From IMG/VR virus record IMGVR_UViG_3300034683_000458: 45,630 nt of DNA; one strand, written 5' to 3'. This DNA comes from a virus. Within the stretch, counting starts at the first letter, position 1, and every line of letters starts with the position of its first letter. This document shows, in pieces, positions 42,366 through 45,630 of this stretch. The position numbers and the translations under genes were made by a program. A model generated the notes under the pieces. That model had not been told where the DNA came from, ran no database searches, and worked only from the letters and a program-made list of their open reading frames with translations.

Positions 42366-42389
42366 CTCGTCTGTCGTAGTTTTCATACA

Positions 42390-42977
42390 CTATTTACCCC
42401 CGGCTAGCTCTTTGTAGGCCATGCCTGCAGCCAGCCGTTTTGTTTCCGTGTCAACAATTTCCACGAGAGCAGGTATAAATTCCAGGTATCCGCTCATGCG
42501 GTTGTTGATCTCATGATGCCCAGGAAAATATTTCGGGACATCTTTCCAGCCGACGTTTCTGCCGAGCTTGTAAAGCTCTCTGAAATCTCTTTCCCGGAAT
42601 GGGAGCTCGTCTTCGATCATCATGCATACCTTCTGCCAGCCCCCCATGCGCTCGATGCAGAAATGGATGACGGGATCGTCAAATTTCACGCTCTCATAAG
42701 CACCATGCTGTCTGGCTGCCTCGAGCACGCGATGCCATGCCTTGATGGCTCTGTCATCAACGCTGCCATCAATGCGTGATATGATATCTACCGGCTTGGG
42801 CATATAAGGGCTCTCAAGCAGATGGGCATGCAGCGCTCTCGTCACCTGCTCAAACGTATATGGTTTGAGCAAATCAAAAAAAAGCTTCATGCCGTTTTCG
42901 GCCAACTTCGGATACCCAAGCGTTTCGGCCACGGCGCTCATTACGGCAACAAATGCCCCGTAATCTTCCTGCCTCAT
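42390..42977 (-). CDS. Hypothetical replication-module protein.
   Basis: 195-aa ORF whose start overlaps the end of the organiser gene. Confidence 0.5.
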   Translation of the reverse strand: MRQEDYGAFVAVMSAVAETLGYPKLAENGMKLFFDLLKPYTFEQVTRALHAHLLESPYMPKPVDIISRIDGSVDDRAIKAWHRVLEAARQHGAYESVKFDDPVIHFCIERMGGWQKVCMMIEDELPFRERDFRELYKLGRNVGWKDVPKYFPGHHEINNRMSGYLEFIPALVEIVDTETKRLAAGMAYKELAGGK

Positions 42978-43984
42978 GTCTCGCCACCTCCTGCGTTATC
43001 CCATGGCACTTTAACCTGCTCCCTCCAGCTTGGCCCGCACATGGCCTCCATGTACTGGTCAAACGGCAACTTGCGTATATCGCGCTTATTCAGATCCGGA
43101 GGGCCTGGGATGTACGGCGTATATTCGTCTTCCCAGCGGCCTTTATTGAGCCATGTAGCCGGGTAGGGGATAAATTTGCCGCCCTGCTCCTGCCATTGAA
43201 GCGAGGCTACGGCTCGCCTCAGGCCGTCCATGATTTTGCCGAAAAGGTCTTCGTCAGGCTTTAGCTTTTCCCATGCGCGCATTGCATCCAGCTTGGCGCA
43301 CTTACGCGGATATTCCTGCCAGAACTGAGTAAAGCGCTCCAGTTGGATGCCAGACAGAATCTTGTTTTTTGCCTTACTAGTCCGTCTTTCCTTTGAGGGC
43401 GGGCGCTCATCGTCAGATGAGCCGGTGCTTGCACCGGATTGCGGTAATCCGTTTTCAGGGATCAGGAATCCGGAATCAGGAATCAGTAAGGGGGAATCAG
43501 CAGGGCTAGTTCCATGCTCATCTGGTGCTTGCATGGTGCTTGCATGGTGCTTGCATGGTGCTGTATCGTCATTATTCTCGGCCTGTTCTGTGGTTTCATC
43601 ATTGCAGTCTATGTCTTGCCCCATGCTTTCACATGAGTTTTCGCTGCATTGACTGTCCGTTTCAGGTGCAGGTATCTCGCTTGCAGCTTCACGGACATGC
43701 GGATTCTGGTGTTTTTTGAAATTGACGACCTGGATGTATTTTTTACCATCAACTTGATATCTGATGATAAAGCCGTATTTAGCTAGTTGGTCTAGGAGGT
43801 TATCAATGTCGTACTGTTCGTATGGGAATACGAACGCCCCGATCCTTTTTGGCCTGTCCTCAAGTCTTCCCTCACGGTCGGCAAGACACCAAAGACCAAT
43901 GAAAAGCAGCCGGGCAGCTAAATCACACTCTGCCAAATATTCATTCATAAAAAATCCAGGTTTGATATTCCTGGCTCTTGGCAT
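42974..43984 (-). CDS. Phage replisome organiser / replication initiator (DUF4373-like N-terminus, DnaD/DnaT-like C-terminus).
   Basis: NIKPGFFMNEYLAECDLAARLLFIGLWCLADREGRLEDRP at the N-terminus. FTQFWQEYPRK...WEKL...FIPYPATWLNKGRWEDE at the C-terminus. Confidence 0.6.
   Translation of the reverse strand: MPRARNIKPGFFMNEYLAECDLAARLLFIGLWCLADREGRLEDRPKRIGAFVFPYEQYDIDNLLDQLAKYGFIIRYQVDGKKYIQVVNFKKHQNPHVREAASEIPAPETDSQCSENSCESMGQDIDCNDETTEQAENNDDTAPCKHHASTMQAPDEHGTSPADSPLLIPDSGFLIPENGLPQSGASTGSSDDERPPSKERRTSKAKNKILSGIQLERFTQFWQEYPRKCAKLDAMRAWEKLKPDEDLFGKIMDGLRRAVASLQWQEQGGKFIPYPATWLNKGRWEDEYTPYIPGPPDLNKRDIRKLPFDQYMEAMCGPSWREQVKVPWDNAGGGET
43458..43562. repeat. Two short-period repeat blocks in the organiser linker: GGAATCA heptads, and 3.5 copies of GGTGCTTGCAT.
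   Basis: gggatcaggaatccggaatcaggaatcag at 43458-43486, plus ggaatcag at 43493. ggtgcttgcat is tandem across 43524-43562. Confidence 0.85.
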
Positions 43985-43996
43985 GGTTTACCGCCT

Positions 43997-44188
43997 TCAT
44001 TCTCTCAGCACTGAGGGGATAACCCCATAAGAGGCAAGCTCGTCAAACAGCCAAGTAACGGCAATTGATGCGTTCTTGGCACATTTGGAAAGTCTGTATT
44101 GGTCGTTTAGCTGTGTCTCTGCGTGAAAGAGCTTGCCGTCATCCCAAATTGTCACTTGTCCTGTCCATATATGCTGATGCTTGGCCAT
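43997..44188 (-). CDS. Hypothetical small protein.
   Basis: 63-aa ORF between recT and the organiser gene. Confidence 0.45.
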   Translation of the reverse strand: MAKHQHIWTGQVTIWDDGKLFHAETQLNDQYRLSKCAKNASIAVTWLFDELASYGVIPSVLRE

Positions 44189-44190
44189 GT

Positions 44191-45030
44191 CTACCCATCC
44201 TGTCCCTGCGCTTCCGGAGACTGTTCGCTTTCGGACTCTTCATCAGCTGCAGGGTATTCAGGTATGACATCTATGACGTCCTTTTCGTCCTTGATCTCCT
44301 CAAGCCCTTCGGAGACAACTGACTCGTCACGAGATATGGCATATGACATTTCAGGGGAAAGTGGCATGTACTTGGCGAGCTGCCTTATGACCGTCTTCTT
44401 GCCCATGGCTACCGGGTTAGTCTGCCACGGGCTGTCTTTCTTGAAGTAGGATGGGGAATACTTTCTTCCGTATGCCTGCACCTGCTCGTTGGTCATGACA
44501 TGGAATACGTAGCCGCCGTTTGTGAACTTCACGACGGCATAATAGTGCGTGACTTTGCCGGGATCGGCCAAACCGGAGGGCTTGTGTACGAGCTTCTGTT
44601 CTAGACCATAGGAGTAATCAAACTCGTCTGTCTCGTACACTTCTGTGGCAAATATGGTGGCGATCCTGTCTGACCTAAAGGCCAAATCTATAAGGCCTTT
44701 ATAGCCAAGGATGAATACGGCCTTTCTGCCGTATGGCACTATGTAAAATTGTCCCAGCTGTGGGCTTGGATCAAGGCCTAATGCGGTGCCTGTCATGAGC
44801 GCACCGAGCAGGGAGTATCCGTCGCACGATGTAAGTGTCGGGTTTTCTCTGATGAGCGTCATCGCTATGCGTGCGTATCTCTCGGCGTTGCGCTTAAGAT
44901 GCATGGGGAGGGCTTTTGCCATCTCGCCCTTCATTCGGGCTATTAGGCTGATTGTATGATCTACTCTGTCCTTTGGCCTTTGGGTTATTTTGTTCTTAAT
45001 TTCCGCATTGTCTCCGTTTGCAATTGCCAT
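44191..45030 (-). CDS. recT: RecT-family single-strand annealing protein.
   Basis: LGLDPSPQLGQFYIVPYGRKAVFILGYKGLIDLA...THYYAVVKFTNGG...WQTNPVAMGKKTVIRQLAKYMPLS. Confidence 0.9.
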   Translation of the reverse strand: MAIANGDNAEIKNKITQRPKDRVDHTISLIARMKGEMAKALPMHLKRNAERYARIAMTLIRENPTLTSCDGYSLLGALMTGTALGLDPSPQLGQFYIVPYGRKAVFILGYKGLIDLAFRSDRIATIFATEVYETDEFDYSYGLEQKLVHKPSGLADPGKVTHYYAVVKFTNGGYVFHVMTNEQVQAYGRKYSPSYFKKDSPWQTNPVAMGKKTVIRQLAKYMPLSPEMSYAISRDESVVSEGLEEIKDEKDVIDVIPEYPAADEESESEQSPEAQGQDG

Positions 45031-45046
45031 CTTTTACTCCTCCTTT

Positions 45047-45630
45047 TCAATTTTCTTGTTTCTTGACAGTAAATCTTCTGTAAGCCGAAGGCTTTGAGAA
45101 CTGCTCATAAAGGTCAGGATGCGAAGATTTGAAGGCTTTTGTGTCAAGTCTATTGGTTACAACGTTGCTCCACACGATGCAGTACTGCGAGGTTTCACCC
45201 CGCTCGGCATCGCCAAGCAAGGCCTGCAGCTGCTGCCTATACGAATCTCTGAGCTGTTCAAGCTCCTTTATCTGCCCGTCCAGCTTGAGGTAATCTGCAA
45301 TGACAGAATTGACATCATCGGGAAGCTGTACGGACGGTTTCTTTGCTTCGGGGTAGAGCTTCTTGAGCAACTCATCGGATACGTCTGACCCGTCCCATTC
45401 CGGGGGAATGTTCTTTTCCACGTGGTTGACCCAGAAGTCAACCTCACGGTCAACCATGGCTGCTATAAATTCGTCATCCCTAGGGATATACTTCCATTTG
45501 AAATCTTTCAGGCCGATCAGGACGGCAATATAGATTCCGTCCCAGCCCATGACCCTGCAGTAGTGCTGGCACTGGCAGAAGTATATATCGGGGACAAGAT
45601 CTCCCTTCCAGTCGTCGGCGTTGTATTCTG
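45047..45630 (-). CDS. YqaJ-like exonuclease, C-terminal part. Same gene as 1-476; 127 nt are duplicated by the terminal repeat.
   Basis: The ORF continues MGWDGIYIAVLIGLK.... It lies immediately upstream of recT, the classic exo-RecT pairing. Confidence 0.85.
   Translation of the reverse strand, partial: EYNADDWKGDLVPDIYFCQCQHYCRVMGWDGIYIAVLIGLKDFKWKYIPRDDEFIAAMVDREVDFWVNHVEKNIPPEWDGSDVSDELLKKLYPEAKKPSVQLPDDVNSVIADYLKLDGQIKELEQLRDSYRQQLQALLGDAERGETSQYCIVWSNVVTNRLDTKAFKSSHPDLYEQFSKPSAYRRFTVKKQEN
45504..45630. repeat. Second copy of the 127-bp terminal direct repeat.
   Basis: Identical to bases 1-127. Confidence 0.95.

Overview
This window is a complete temperate phage genome. Bases 1-127 are identical to 45504-45630, which looks like an assembler overlap, so the unique circle is about 45,503 bp.

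The minus strand carries one long transcriptional direction:
- A Cro-like gene and small early genes, then a YqaJ-like exonuclease (it wraps the window ends) and RecT.
- A replisome organiser, SSB, a PD-(D/E)xK resolvase-like nuclease and a RinA/ArpU-like activator.
- Lambda-like packaging and head genes: Nu1-like TerS, gpA-like TerL, gpW, portal, S49 protease/scaffold, a gpD-like decoration protein and a gpE-like capsid protein.
- A P2/Mu-like contractile tail and baseplate.
- A canonical diversity-generating retroelement (tail-fibre VR, avd, TR, RT).
- A lysis cassette with a GH108-type endolysin, which suggests a diderm host.
- A P4-type tyrosine integrase beside an attP that carries the 3' end of a tRNA.

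The plus-strand accessory arm (about 1.7-12.6 kb) starts with the CI-like repressor. Membrane-protein and secreted-nuclease morons follow. Behind a near-consensus sigma70 promoter lies an operon whose last ten genes are start/stop-coupled: RHH, csf1, cas11, csf2 (cas7), csf3 (cas5), a cysH-like gene, an unknown gene, an IbrA-like PAPS reductase, a ParB-like gene and a DNA methyltransferase.

This is an array-less type IV-B CRISPR-Cas effector physically fused to a putative DNA-modification module, and it is my top candidate for a new system. I found no CRISPR array, cas1/2, cas6 or dinG anywhere in the circle. All family assignments are motif recognition by eye; no searches were run.
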